Origin: Chiloscyllium plagiosum
Lineage: Eukaryota
Length of the DNA: 63,653 nucleotides
Direction: 5' to 3'
Assembly (NCBI RefSeq): GCF_004010195.1
Contig: NC_057754.1
Coordinates: 2,667,498-2,731,150 of the forward strand
How positions within the stretch are numbered: position 1 is the stretch's first letter; every line of letters starts with the position of its first letter. Below the pieces are notes generated by a model that was not told the origin of the DNA, ran no database searches, and saw only the letters and a list, made by a program, of their open reading frames with translations. The translations under genes and the position numbers were made by a program. Positions 1-13,059 of this stretch are shown piece after piece.

Positions 1-239
1 TTCCCTGTCCCCTCAACACACTCCCCCCCCCCCCCCTCTCTTTCAGGCAGCAAACAGGAGCCTTTCTGGTCAGCCTGAATATGTCTGTGGACAATGGTCT
101 CTCCTCCTGTTAGTGCACAGTCCCACCCCTCACTCCACAATGTAGCCTGCTCTCTACCTGCCCACCTCTCCCAGGGTAAACTCTGTTTTGTTGACATCTC
201 TGAAAGCCGTGTCCCCCTGAGAGGAACAGGGCAGCAGAT

Positions 240-485
240 GCAGAGGAGCACCACCCCCTGCCAATTCCCCGCTGAGCCTCTCACCATCCCCACTTGGGGA
301 TACAACGGCTGCTCCTTCAGTGTCGCTGGGTCATAATTCTGGAGTGCCGTAGTCGGTGTAGGTGCACTCACAGACTGGTGTAGCTGTTCAAGAAGGCAGC
401 TCACTACCACCTTCTCAGGGGGCAGTTAGGGACGGGCAGTAATTACTGGGCCCAGCCAGTGATGCACTCATCCCAGGAGCGAGTG
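240..485 (+). mobile_element. LINE (CR1/L2-group) 3'-end fragment
   Basis: ttcaagaaggcagctcactaccaccttctc...gatgcactcatccc; related copies at 16450-16615, 45375-45530 (-), 54900-55020. Confidence 0.55.
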
Positions 486-705
486 AGGAACAAATCTGTG
501 AAAACAGCAGCAACAGTTTGTCCAATGGGGCAAAGTGTGCAGCAGCGCTCAGATTCTTCACCCCGTGTCAGCTGGAGTCTCACCGAAAGCTCAAGCCCTC
601 TGGCTCAGTCGAGAGCATTTAGTTGCAAATGAAGGCTGGGCTGGGTTTTCCACGGTAGACGGAGGCTTGCACCAATTTTCCGATTGTCTTTTTCTCTCGT
701 TGCAG

Positions 706-768
706 CCTTATGGATCGTATGGATATCAGAACCCGTGGAACTACAGTCAGTATTACCCACACAGCTGA
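706..768 (+). CDS. PRPF39: Terminal coding exon of a PRPF39-like (pre-mRNA processing factor 39, U1 snRNP-associated) gene
   Basis: Pyrimidine tract + CAG acceptor (tctttttctctcgttgcag, ends 705). Phase-0 exon encodes PYGSYGYQNPWNYSQYYPHS*, resembling the vertebrate PRPF39 C-terminus as I recall it (YNYQNPWNYGQYYPPPPT). Upstream exons lie outside the window; may be a paralog. Confidence 0.75.
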   Translation, partial: PYGSYGYQNPWNYSQYYPHS

Positions 769-2300
769 GACGAGCCGGTGGCGTGGCTCGAAGGCGTGTG
801 AACTATGTACATACTGAAAAAAAAGGGACCGATTTCTGTTTACCCTGCCTTTTTCTAAAGCCCCTCAGCCATAAAACACCATCCCCAGCCCCTGATGAGC
901 AGGAAGAGACAGCCAGGCACTGGTATCGAATCCGCGAGGTGTTTTGTGTCCGTTGTGCGGTTGTGATGTTACCCCTGAAGAAAACGACGCCCGTTTCGGG
1001 GAGACCAGGCATCTTTTGCGTGCAGTTCCTCCTGACAGGTGTTACCGTCAGGCACCCTACCTTCCTCGCCCTCCTCTTCCTCATGTTTAACGTGGAGAGC
1101 AAGAAGGCACGGGCAACTTTTTAATCTGTAGAAGGGTTCGGGTAACGTTTGGTGTGTCGTTATGTTCTCTCCAAGATGGGGGGTTTAAGAGAGCAGGCTC
1201 CCTTGCCCCCTTACCTCCACCTGCCCTGCTTCTTTGGCCCTCCCTCCGCACTCCCCCAAGGTGGAGTCTGTACCCAATAACCCCTGCTGAGAGTGAACAT
1301 CTGGATTGACATCTCATGCTCCTTCCCTCACAGTGCACTACCAAGCAGCTGAGACAGAGCGAGATGGGTTGGTCTTTCTGACCTGATTTCCACAAGCCAA
1401 AGATTTTCCTTTTCTGTAATCTCCTTGTGGCTCCGGTGACGGCACTTGCTGCATCCCCTGGTGGCAGCCTGCAGGTAAGTGAGCCGTTTTCCTGGGAGGA
1501 GAGGTTTGGAATTTGAAGCAAGGCCTAATAACTTGGCACAGGTACAGCGGCTTACACCAGAAAGATACTTGAAATCTCGGGCTAGTTCATACTGCGATTT
1601 ACAGTGCTCAGTTACACGGAGTAGCCAAGCACATGACTCCCAGTACAGTTTCACGTCAAGAGTTACGGCTGTTCTAAAAGGCTGCCTCGTGTCTCGTACC
1701 CTTGACTTTCGCTGTCTGTCTCAGCCATCTGTTCAAAGATGTGAGCACCCTGCGACCCAGAGTCAGCCGCTAACTCCCCCACCCGCAACACTGGCCTTTC
1801 TGTCTTCCCTTTTCCTCGCTCTCCACCCCACTTCCTACCCCCCCCCCCCCCCTTACCTTTGAAACGGTAAAAGCTGCCGTCAGCGAGACACCGTGAGTGC
1901 GTCCCATGAGTGGGTCTCGGCTGGACGGGATCCTCTCCTGGCTGAATGCCCTTGACACGGCCCCACCTCAGGTGTAACACTAATTGTGCTCTCTGATCCC
2001 TTTCTGCTGCTACCATAATGGACAGGTTCTCACCAGCGTTGTCTATCTGTTGTTGCACAGTGCCGATGGTAGTCTGTAAGTTGGCGTGAGTTGATAAGCC
2101 AGAGATTTGTGTTACACCTCACAGCCAGCAGTGACTGACAGCAGATCCCTGACACCTCCAATGTGAATCCTTTATTTTTTTTTTCATCTTCTGTACAAAT
2201 TCTTGTTCAGGCAAAAACAAACACATTTTTGCAAGTAGCAATTTTTTAATGAATGTAATTTTTTTCTGTGAATGGATGGTGTAAATAAAAGGAAGATTGG
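769..2300 (+). other. Probable 3' UTR of the PRPF39-like gene
   Basis: About 1.5 kb with no recognisable interspersed repeat after the stop, U-rich distal part, AATAAA at 2284-2289; repeats resume at ~2507. Confidence 0.6.
2284..2289 (+). promoter_or_regulatory. Polyadenylation signal AATAAA
   Basis: Canonical hexamer at the end of the U-rich putative UTR. Confidence 0.55.
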
Positions 2301-2506
2301 AGACGGCTATTTCTGTGCAGTCTGTTGGAGACTGGGCTCAGGAAGAACTTTCTAGAAACGTTGCATCTGGTGTTTAAACACAGTCTGTACAGAAAATACC
2401 CTTTCTCTCCCTCAGCATTCTCCGAGTGTGTTTTAAACCTTATCCAGAATTCACTCTATTAAGGTAAATAGCATTGTTTCTGGTTTAAAACATCTCTCTC
2501 TGCTTC

Positions 2507-2910
2507 ATAGAGTCATACAGCACGGAAACAGATCCTTCAATCCAACCAGTCCATTCCATAAATAATCCCAAACTAAACCAGTCCCACCTGCCTGCCCCAG
2601 GCCCAAATCCCCCCCAAACCTTTCCTATTTGTGTACTTAGTTTGTGTACTTTAGATGTCTTTCAAGTGTTGTAACTGTACCCGCATCCACCACTTCCTCA
2701 GGAAGTTCATTCCACATGCAAACTACCCTGTGTAAAATTTTTGCCCCTCGTGTCTTTTTTTAATCTTCTCTCACCTTAGATAAACGTCCTCTAGTCTTGA
2801 AATCCCCCGTCCTAGGGAAAAGACACCTATCCACGCCCCTCATGATTTTATAAACCTCTATAAGGTCACCCCTCCACCTCCTACACTCCAGTGGAAAAAC
2901 GTCCCAGCCT
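2507..2910 (-). mobile_element. CR1 LINE 3' fragment
   Basis: Matches other CR1 3' ends in the window (atagagtcatacag tail; gaggggtgaccttatagaggtttataaaatcatgag on -). Confidence 0.8.
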
Positions 2911-3317
2911 TTCATGATCATTCAAACCCACTGAAGTGCATCTTCATAACCCAAGTATCCCAGTCTTGTAAACAGAACTTCAGTGACCACTTCGAACCAC
3001 AGCAAACATTTCTTATTAATCAGCACCTATGGGACCAGGAGTATGCTGATTGATTGATTCAATATTCAGATAATCAAGAGGTCCATACGATCAATATAAA
3101 AGCACACACTAAATAAGAGAAATGTAATGCAGGGGGTGTACAGGTCACTGTTGTACTTTATTTACAGCGTAAATCACTTAAATAATAATGCAATTTTGGC
3201 TTAAATACAACTTAGCAACAGAGACAGCCTTCTCATTTACACCTTCAACTGGCTATCTGGACATCGCGGTATTCAACATTGAATCAATTCATTCAATTAT
3301 AAATTTTTTAAAACTCT

Positions 3318-3617
3318 AATTAGGTTAGATTCCCTACAGTGTGAAAACAGGCCCTTCGGCCCAACCAGTCCACACCAACCCTCCGAAGAGCAACCCACCC
3401 AGACCCATTTCCCTCTGACTAATGTATCTAACACTGTGGGCAATTTAGTATGGCCAATTCACCTAAGCTGCACACCTTTGGACTGTGGGAGGAAACCCAC
3501 GCAGACATTGGGAGAATGTGCAAACTCCACACAGTCAGTCAGTCAGTCACCCGAGGCTAGAATTGAACCTGGGACCCTGATGCTGTGAGACAGCAGTGCT
3601 AACCACTGAGCCACCGT
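3318..3617 (-). mobile_element. HE1-type V-SINE
   Basis: tRNA-derived head (acggtggctcagtggttagcactgctg), V-domain core (tgtgtggagtttgcacattctccc), CR1-like tail ending (aatct)n. Confidence 0.85.
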
Positions 3618-3959
3618 AATAATTGGACAGAATAATAGGGTCAACTTAGTGATATTTGAGGAGTATAATTTTTTGCTGATTTATTGATTAGCGCTGGTTG
3701 CTATATGACATCTCCATTGGCAGTGGTCTGCTTCATCACGAATGCTCCACCGTTAGAAACGGCACAATGCTAGATACCATATTTCCATACCACGTGGCAA
3801 GTTTTTATTTGTTCACCTCTGCTCCGATTATGAATTGTTCCAGATTGCCCTGGTGCACCAGGCTGTCCGGTCTGAAAATACTAGAACCTCCTGTTTTTAA
3901 AATGGTCTGTGCCACAGGCACCGTGCTCAAGTGCCTTTGCACAGATCAACAATGACAGA

Positions 3960-5750
3960 TTAGGATTGCAATATATTATTTAAAGGGGGAGGAACTGCCA
4001 TGCAGAGGAATCTTGTACATGAATCAAAAAAAAAAACAGCATTCGGGTGCATCAAGTGGTGAAGCATATTGAATGTTGGTCTTCATTGCAAGAGGGATGG
4101 ATGATAGAAGTGAGGAAGTCTTGTTCCAGGTCATTGTTGAGATTGTTCTTGGAGCACTGTATCCAGCTTTGGTCTCCTAACTTTCATAGATTCATACAGC
4201 ACAGAAACGGCCCATCAAGTCTACAGTACCACTAAAAGTGCGCTAATCCAAATTTCCTGCATTTGCCCTTCAATGTTGTATTTGAAATACTCACTCAGAT
4301 TTTTCTTTAAAGGTTGGAAGATTTCCACCCTCTACTCTCTGCTCAGGCAGTGCATTCAAGGGTCCCACCATCTGCTGAGAGAAAAGGTTATTTTTCGTAA
4401 CTCCCCTCTGAATCTCCTGCTCCTTCCCCAAAATTTTATTCCACCCCACCTTGTAATTGACCTTTTCAACCAAGAGGAGCAGCTGCTCTCTCTTCACTCC
4501 TCATAATCTTATATACCTCAATCGTGTCCCCATCTCAATCTTCTCTGCTCTTAAGAAAACAATCCACGCCTAGTCTCTGCTTGTAGCTCCATTTCTCCCT
4601 CTCACACAACGTCTTGGTGAACTTTTCTAGTGCGCTCACATTCCTCCTGTAGTGAGGTGACCAGAACTACCCCTAGTACTCTGGCCAATACTTTGTACAA
4701 CTCCAACATTCTAGGAGAAAGTGAGGTCTGCAGATGCTGGAGATCAGAGCTGAAAATGTGTTGCTGGAAAAGCGCAGCAGGTCAGGCAGGATCCAAGGAG
4801 CAGAAGAATCGACGTTTCAGGCATGAGCCCTTCTTCAGGAAAATCCTTCTTTCTGAAGAAGGGCTCATGCTCGAAACGTCGATTCTCCTGCTTCTTGGAT
4901 GCTGCCTGACCTGCTGCGCTTTTCCAGCAACACATTTTCAGCTCACAACTCCAACATAAACTATTTGCCCCAAGAGCAAAAGGAGGTAAACTGCTGAAAC
5001 CAACTATCCCATATGTCTCTTTAACTATTCTTTTCACGTGATCTGTCAGTGATGTCCCCAGGATCCCTCTGTTTCTCTAAGCTATCCAGTGACCCACAAT
5101 TCATTAAATACACCTCACCTTGTTGTTTCTTCCAAAGTGCATCAACTTGCATTCATCAGGGTTAAATACCATCTGTCACTGGTTTGCCCACCTCACCAAC
5201 CCATCTATAACTTCCTGTAATCTATAACAATCTTCTTCACTGTTGACTACACTCCCAGTCTTGGTGTCAAATTTGTTCCCTTCACGTTTTCATCAATATC
5301 ATTGACGTAAATATTAAACAATAAGGGTCCCAGTACTGATCCTTGTGGTACACCACTGGACACCGGCCTCCAGTCAGTCACAGCCTTCTACCACTATTCT
5401 TAGTAATAGAACACTAAGAGAAGGTGAGGACCGCAGATGCTGGAGCTCAGAGTCGAGAGTGTGGTGCTGGAAAAGCGCAGCAGGGCAGGCATCCGAAGAG
5501 CAGGAGAATCAACGTTTTGAGCTAATGTCCTATTACTAAGCCGGTTTCAGATCCATCTGGCCACGTTTCCTGGAATTACATGTGCTTTAACCTCCTCAGT
5601 CAGTCTCCCGTGTGCCACCTTGTCAAAAGCTTTGCTCCAATCCCTACAAACTACACCAACTACCCCCATCCCCACATTTTCAAAAAATTATAACAAAGCC
5701 GTTAGGTGTGACTTGCCTCTGACAAAGCTATGCTGCCTATCCCTAATTAA
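3960..5750. mobile_element. Cluster of degenerate CR1 RT fragments in both orientations
   Basis: Peptide remnants RLFLEHCIQLWSP (+) and FSQQMVGPLNALPE (-); interrupted by PLE inserts at 4710 and ~5415. Confidence 0.65.
4710..4944. mobile_element. PLE-derived fold-back mini-element (family 1) with 13-bp TSD
   Basis: Inverted arms ~4748-4838 / ~4853-4943, extra tail on the left arm; TSD acaactccaacat at 4697-4709 and 4945-4957. Confidence 0.8.
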
Positions 5751-5761
5751 CCCACAGACGC

Positions 5762-5985
5762 TGAAAGAACGGCAGATGCTGTAAATCAAACAAACAAAAA
5801 AACAGAAGTTGCTGGAAATGCTCAGCAGGATCTGTTCAGACAAGTGGCAGGTAACGCTTCTGGTACAGTGGCCCTTCCTCTGGTATAGTGGCCCTGCCTC
5901 TGGACCCGCAATGTTATCTCTGATTTCCCTTCACAGATGCTGCCAGACCTGCCGAGTTTCTCCATTGCCTTCTGTTTTTGTTCTT
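5762..5985. mobile_element. Degenerate PLE-derived fold-back element (family 4)
   Basis: cagatgctgtaaatc...gctggaaatgctcagcagg followed by the inverted cagatgctgccagacctgccgagtttctcca; related to 35326-35532. Confidence 0.55.
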
Positions 5986-6234
5986 TATTAATTCACTCCT
6001 TCAGAACTATCTCCAATAATTTCCCTTGCACTGACAGGAGACTCACCGGTCTAATTTCCTGGTTCATCTCTACCACACCTCCTTAAAGTGGAATCATTAT
6101 CGACCATACTCCAGTCCTCTGGCACTTTCCCTGTGCCAGAGAGAAATTAAAAATTTGTCAGATCCCCTGCAATTTCCTGCCCTCGCCTCCCACAGCAGCC
6201 TGGGGTGCAATTCATCCAGGCCACAGAATTTGTC

Positions 6235-6353
6235 AAAAAATCACACAACACCAGGTTTCATTAGAAGCACGCCAGGCCGTTGGATTATAACCTGGTGTTG
6301 TGTGATTTTCAACTTTGTACACCCCAGTCCAACACTGGCATCTCCAGATCATG
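6235..6353. mobile_element. PLE-derived fold-back mini-element (family 2) with 12-bp TSD
   Basis: aaaatcacacaacaccagg ... cctggtgttgtgtgatttt plus tail; TSD acagaatttgtc at 6223-6234 and 6354-6365. Confidence 0.75.
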
Positions 6354-7854
6354 ACAGAATTTGTCTGTTTTTATGTCCCAAAGAGCCTCCAATACCTCCC
6401 CATTTCCTGTGTCAAACTGAGCAAGTTCCTTACAATCTCTTTTCCTGAACTCCCTAATCTGTGTTCTCCTTTACCAGAGTGAAGGCCGAAGAAAGGTATT
6501 CATTCAATAACTTTCCAATATCCTACAGCTTCTCTCTCGCTCACACAGGTTGTACCCCTTGGGGCCCTACTTGTTCCCTGTTTGACCTCTTCAGTGTATT
6601 TATATCTTTGGGAGAGAGGGTTCACTCAACTGCAATGCCTTTTAGTTCACTGGGATATGGGCATCACTGGCCAGGCCAGCATTTATTGCCCTGTCCCTAA
6701 TTGTCCGGAGGATAGCAAAGGGTCACATTGCTGTAGCTCTGGGGGTAGATCAGACTGATTAAACCCTTACCGAAAGGACATTGGAAAATCCATCTGATTT
6801 CACTAATCAGCATTAGGTTCATTGTCATCGTTAAGACTCTTTAACTCCACCTTCTTATTGAATTCAAATTACACCATCTGCCAGGGCAAAATTTGAACCC
6901 AGGTCGATGGGGTCTCAGGATTAATAGTCTAGTGGTAATACCACTAGGTCATTGCCTTCCCTAAACATGCAGAAAGCATTGACGTGATGGGCCTGTATCC
7001 ATTGGAGTTCAGAAGAATGAGTGGGTGATCTTGAAAGATCCTGAGGGCGCTTGGCACAGTAAATTCAGGGAAGATGTTCCCCCCCAAGGGAGACTCTACA
7101 GAGAGAGGGCACAGTTTCAAAATAGGGAGTCTCCTATTTAACAATGAGGAAGAATCTCGGAACATTCTTACTGTTTGGAATTATTTTCCCCAGAGGGCTC
7201 CTAATCCTTTATGATCGACTAAGGGCCCTTTTTAATGTGTGTGCCTGGTAAACAGGCGGATGGACTGAACTTAACCAAGCTTCAGTGAGCAGGAGCACCG
7301 TTACCATTCTGGGTACCTGCTGGCCACAGAGAAGGGCAGAGAGCTCTCCAGATGTGGAAATCCAGTTTGGTGGCGAGGCTGGATTCATTCACCTCAGCAT
7401 TCGGGAGGCTGAAGGCTGAACTGGCAAAGCCTGACGATGATGATGAGGGCATGATTCATCTGTTTAATAGGGGAGTTGTCACTTCATGCCATTGTAATGC
7501 CAAGTTCAGCAGTATCTCTGTACGATAGCGTTTTGTTTGACTCTATTCCCGTAATGCCTCCCAGTTGTGTGGTAATATTTTAAAAACACTCATCCTCCAA
7601 CCTGTTTCTGGGGTGCTTTTAGCTACTTAACCTCATACCCGCCATGCTTTCCATCACACTCCCTCCAATCCAGGCCTTCAGTGTCTCAATTCCTGCCCTA
7701 GCCACACCCCATAGAAACCACTGGAGCCAAGTTTGAGAACTTAAAACAAATTTTATTTATTTATAATGCACCATGGTATTAGTTCAAGCACTTCCATTAG
7801 ATCTCCAATCACAATTTTAAAATGTTAACCCATGGACAGTGACTGGCCAAGATG

Positions 7855-9245
7855 GAGTCCATGGACTAGTTGGCAGGAGTATTCGCTGGCATCTTGAACC
7901 TCTCCTTGCTTCCATCTGAAGTTCCCTGCCTGCTTCAAGGCCACCGTCATCCCAGTGCCAAAGAGAAACGATGCAGCGTTCTTCGATGACTACCACCCCG
8001 TGGCTCTGTCCGCCATCATTATGAAGTGCTTCGAGAGGTTAGTCATGGCTCACTTCATCTCCAGCCTTCCAGATTGCCTTGGTCCTTTGCAATTCACTAA
8101 ATCGGTGCGACAGGCCCCTAGCCATCTCCTTGGCCCTACGTTTATCCCTGGAATATCTGGATAACAAGGATACCTACGTCAGGCTCCTACTTATTGACTA
8201 CAGTTTGGCCTTCAACAACATAATTCCAAATAAATTTATTCATAAACTCAGACCGAGGTCTCAGCTTTCCCGCTCTGTAACCGGATCCTCCATTTCTTGA
8301 CCCATCGATTGCATTCAGTAAGAACGGGCAGCAACACCTCCTCCACCATCCTTCTCAACATAGTTACCTTGCAAGGCTGTGTATTCGGTCCCCTTCTGTA
8401 CTACTTATACACTCATTACTGTGTGGCCAAATTTCACCCTAACACCATTTACAAGTCTGCCGACGCCACCACCATCAGATCTCAAAGAATAACAAGACAG
8501 AATACAGGAAGTAGAGAGCGCTTGGTGGGTGTGGTGTAAAGACAATAATCTTTTCTTCAATGTCAGCAAAACGAAGGAGCTGGTCATTAACTTCAGGAAG
8601 CAGAGTGGACGTTTCGCCCCAGTCTGCATCAATGCTGCTGAGATGGAGATATTCCAGAACGTCAAAGTTTCTGGGACTGATGATCACCAATAATCTGTCC
8701 TGGTCCACCCAAGTTGACACATCGGTCAAGAAAGCACAACAACGTCTCTGCTTCCTCAGGAGGCTAAGGAAATTCAGCATGCCCACATTCTTGCCAATTT
8801 TTGATAGATGCACCATAGAAAATATCCTATCTATCTGGATGCATAGCTGCTCTTCCAAGGCAGCTAAGAGTCTACAGAGTCGCAAACTCAGCCCAGTCCA
8901 ATCACACAAACCAGCCTTCCATCCATCCCTCCCACTGCCTTGGGAAAGCAACCAACATAATCAAACACCCTTCCCACTCCAATTATACTCTCTTCTGTCG
9001 AGGGGAAGATATAAAACTTTGAATACGCACATGCCTCAAGAACAGCTTCTTCCCTGCTGTTATCAGACTTTTGAACAGACAGCTCAAATGTTAGTTCAGA
9101 TCTCTCTCTCTTCAGCTTTACCACGGTATTCCACACTCTATTCTGCTACCCTGCTGCACTTGGTGTTGTATGATCTGCCTGTGCAGTGCGCAAAACAACG
9201 TTTCCCCACTCTATCTCAGTACTTGTGACAGCAAATCAATGAATC
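7855..9245 (+). mobile_element. Rex1/Babar-like non-LTR retrotransposon, frameshifted RT and 3' end
   Basis: Peptides [60 protein letters not shown] (degenerate F/YADD), KKAQQRLCFLRRLRKF spread over several frames. Confidence 0.85.
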
Positions 9246-10185
9246 CAGGAATCAGTTACACGTGAGCAGTCAACTTAAATCCTGTTACAGATCCCTGCAC
9301 TACAAGTGTATGAATCTGACACAGCATCTGTGTGAATGCTCACTACCATATGCCTGACGTTAGGGAGGGTGGGATCTTCCTGAAGAAGTGATGAGTGTCC
9401 GTGATAACTAAAAGCTCCTTTTCACGGTCACTTGGGAGAACAAGGAGGAAGTAGAAGGTGGTAGTTTTCTCAAAATCTTGTCTCCTCCTTTTGAATAAAA
9501 CTACATTTTGTGCTTTAAAAAAATTGAGCAAGCTGGAAGACAGTCCATCTTATTTCACACACCAGGTCAGGGACAGCAAAAGTGGCATAAACCCTCATCT
9601 TCTCTTCAGACATTTGCTAACCAAATCTGTTTGCAGATATCGTTTCACATCCCTGGAGCAGTTGTGACATTAACCTCGGATACGACACACTGTACCACAA
9701 GAGCTTCTCTCTTCAAATCTCAGCCACAGGACAGTCTAACCCTCCTAGAGGGGTACCTGGAACCCTTCTACTTTACATTTTATGCAAAGTACTGCAGCAG
9801 CCAGCACACCCTTCCCCTTGGTGCTGTCACGGCCCAGTTTGAAATGGGGTTCAAACTGCTGACCTTCAGGCTGAGATGGGATACACATTGCAGAGTGCAG
9901 CTCGATGGATTCACAATTAGGAGTGAGGTCCAGGAGTAAGTTTGCATTGAGAGACTGGCTCACCTCATTTCACACTCTCAGTCAACAGACACCCTTCACC
10001 ACAGGTTCAGGGGAGAGTTGAGCAAATAGATAAGCAGGTGGAGGCCACTGCTGAATAGTACGCAGTTTCAAAAAGGGCAGAATAGCCAACTCCTGTTTCC
10101 AAGTCCGATATTACAGGTAGTGCTGACCTATTGCAAGCATTGGCCTGGACCTTTTCTATCTCCTGCTGTACGTAATTGTTTTTTC

Positions 10186-10477
10186 AGATTAGATTAGATT
10201 CCCTACAGTGAGGAAACAGGCCCTTCGGCCCAACCAGTCCACACCGACCCTCCGAAGAGTAACCCACCCAGACCCATTTCCTTCTGACTAATGCACCTAA
10301 CACTATGGGGTAATCTAGCATGGCCAATTCACCAGGCCTGCACATCTTTGTGACGGTGAGAGGAAACCCATGCAGACAATGTGCAAACTCCACACACAGT
10401 CTGCCCAAGGCTGGAATCGAACCTGGGACCCCAGTGCTGTGAGGCAGCAGTGCTAACCACTCAACCACTGTGCCGCC
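10186..10477 (-). mobile_element. HE1-type V-SINE
   Basis: Full head, core and (aatct)n tail. Confidence 0.85.
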
Positions 10478-11505
10478 AAACACAGCAGTGGTTAACACTG
10501 AAATTTAACATGCTGCAGTACAACCGGCAACCCGCAGAAAGGGCAGCAGTAGGATGAGGGTACTGCAATGTCAGATAGACTCAGCTGGGGGGTGTGTGGG
10601 TGTGGCAGGTGGTAAATGGACAGTCCCTATCTAACACCAACAACTACAGGAAGGTTTAGAAGATGAATTATTTGGTTGCTTGGTGACACAGAGCTTGATT
10701 ATTGCTGGGGGAAAAAAAAAAGATACTTCATTTTGTTTTGCACTCATCAGGACCATTTGCAAGAATACCAATGTAAGGGGAGAGTCGACATTCATACTGT
10801 ACTGAGAGGAGGTAACTGTACCCTCGAGTGGTCGAGGTCTTAGCCCTCCCTCCCTTCAATACAAATGTCGCTTTCTGCTTTAACTCACACGTTTACAAAT
10901 TGTCCCAAGGAGCGCAGAGAAGGAAGCTTTAGTTTGGCAGATGATTTGTTACAAAAACCAGTTTGTCCACATGTCACTGAAAAGCTGTTGCTGATCAGAC
11001 AGGTGACTGTCTCAGGTTCTCTGCCAGGATGACGTAGCACTCACCCTGTGCCTATGAATCGACAGCCTTCATTCCTCCCCTATCCCACAGACATGATCCC
11101 TTCCCACCCCCACCTGCAGAAAACCTCTCTCAGTTCCCAGACCATTCCCCCCCCGCCCCCCCAGATAAGGAACTCAACTACAATCAACTCTGGTTGGACG
11201 CTGGTCCACAGGAAAACAAAACTATTTCAAAAGAGGAAGTCACTTTGAACAGACACAAGCCAGCTGCTTTATGTATTCCATGCACACGCAGGCAAAATGG
11301 TACCCCCCATTAGCACTAAGTCCCAGTTAGGCAGTCACCGAGGCTGGAATAACAGGAACTCATCTTCAGTCAGTCGTACTGAATCCTCCGAGCAGGGGAG
11401 AGAGGGGAAACCTTTACAAACACAAACAGGCAAATACACACATCCTCAAGCGACTCTTCTTGCAGCTCATCCCACGTTTCAAACTGCAGTGACCGCGAGG
11501 GGTTT

Positions 11506-11682
11506 TCACGGTCGGGGTCCCGATGGGATCAAGGGTTTAGTCTCGGGCGTGATTCCGGCCACGGCTGTGCTCCACTCGGGATCGGCGCCGTTCATCGGCC
11601 TGAAGCCGTCGAGTCGCCTCCACTGCACGATGAGGACGGTTAATACCACGAGCCAGAAGAAGAAATTCACCCAGGTCGAGGT
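11506..11682 (-). CDS. TMEM179B: TMEM179B terminal exon 5 (coding part)
   Basis: Acceptor tttctgcag. Encodes TSTWVNFFFWLVVLTVLIVQWRRLDGFRPMNGADPEWSTAVAGITPETKPLIPSGPRP*, like human TSSWVNLVLW...YRPLERGDPEWSSET. Confidence 0.92.
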   Translation of the reverse strand, partial: TSTWVNFFFWLVVLTVLIVQWRRLDGFRPMNGADPEWSTAVAGITPETKPLIPSGPRP

Positions 11683-11754
11683 CTGCAGAAACAAGATGGT
11701 GCTCAGAGCCGTCAGCGTGTTGCAAAGACGCAATTATTTTCAACGTTGTGGTTC

Positions 11755-11935
11755 ACGGAGGGGCCGGTGTTGGACTGGGGTGGACAAAGTTAAAAATCAC
11801 ACAACACCAGGTGACAGTCCAACAGGTTTATTTGGAAGCACTAGCTTTCGGAGCGCTGCTCCTTCATCGGGTAACTCCAAAAGCTAGTATGCTTCCAAAT
11901 AAACCTGTTGGACTGTAACCTGGTGTCGTGTGATT
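11755..11935. mobile_element. PLE-derived fold-back (family 2) in TMEM179B intron 4
   Basis: Tail plus inverted arms around a mutated hammerhead core (CCGAUGA on - strand, ~11839-11872). Confidence 0.75.
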
Positions 11936-12813
11936 ATTTTTTTTTTTTAAATGCAGGCTAACCTGTGTAGCCACAAATTCAGGAGGGGTGTGAGCAGGTT
12001 GGAGGATCTCCACATGGGCCTGACCAGGCTGGCTATAAACAGGTCCAGGCAGAGGGCTGTGGGGAGGTTGAGGTGGGGCGGGGTGTCGAGCAGCTGTCCA
12101 CCCCTCGCCGGTGGTTATGTTTGACCTGGGGGAGAGGGAGCACGCTCAATGCTCTCACTGCCTTCAGAGAGAGGTGGGCACTGTGGGATGGGTTCAGGGT
12201 TTCATTTCCCTTCCAACTCCATTTTCATTTACTGCCCTCCCTCCCACCCACCCCCTCCCCCCAATCCCATTCCCCTCCACTTTATGGTTTGCATTGTCCT
12301 TAATGGACTTTTGCTTGGAAAATGTTGAACTGGCTACAGGGGTGTTTTTATTGGTGTCAAATACTGGTTTCAAAATAAATTGAGATGGTGATTTCGGTGG
12401 TTGGTAGATCAGTTGCATGTGAGAACAGGGCACGAGTCAGGAGGGTGAGGGAATATTCCCCACTTGCTCCTGGTTAGGGGCAGCCCCAACAACACTCAAG
12501 GAACTCGACACCATCCAAGGACAAAGCAGCCCCCGCTGGATTGGCACCATATCCCCACTCCCTCCACCACCGATGCTCAGTAGCAGCAGTGTGCACCATC
12601 TACAAGACGCACTACAGAAATTCACCAGACTGTACCTCATACCCACTTCACTTGGATTCCAGGAGAAAGTTTGAGTACACGGAGCGAGGGGGGACTGGGC
12701 TGACAGAGGGGTATCATAATTTAAGGTAAGCTGAAGTTGGCACAGAGTGGGGGTTCAGACACAGAAAGGTCATAACACTAAAGAACACAATAGTAAAACA
12801 GACTTGGTCTCAC

Positions 12814-12892
12814 CTCAGCACTGGTAAAGTTTTGGTAGAATCGGGAACCGTTGTACGATGATGTCCAGTTCATTTTCTCACTATCTGCGCAG
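12814..12892 (-). CDS. TMEM179B: TMEM179B exon 4
   Basis: Acceptor ttcctcag, donor gtgaga; 79 nt, phase 2 to 0. Encodes (S)CADSEKMNWTSSYNGSRFYQNFTSAE, like human SCSEAQKIPW...FYSNLHNAE. Confidence 0.92.
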
Positions 12893-13059
12893 CTGAGGAA
12901 CAGGAGAGGGTTTAGACCCAGGCACTGTCTGTGTTTGTTCCATCGCCCCCAACCACACAGCCTTGCCATTAAGCTCTGCTCCTCCCATAACTCCCAGCTC
13001 ACTCGGACAAACATCGAAACTACATCCAGGACAACACAATCCCAGAAGAAATACTGTCC

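Noticed and set aside
20..75. C-tract plus tttcag acceptor near the window start
   Set aside because: No convincing donor or recognisable peptide; insufficient support.
684..1124. 146-aa ORF
   Set aside because: Overlaps the splice acceptor and UTR of the PRPF39-like exon in another frame; no recognisable homology.
4710..4944. Fold-back inserts as DNA-transposon MITEs or miRNA hairpins
   Set aside because: Arms are asymmetric, TSDs are long and variable (10-20 bp), and the termini match RT/GIY-YIG-coding PLE remnants in this window.
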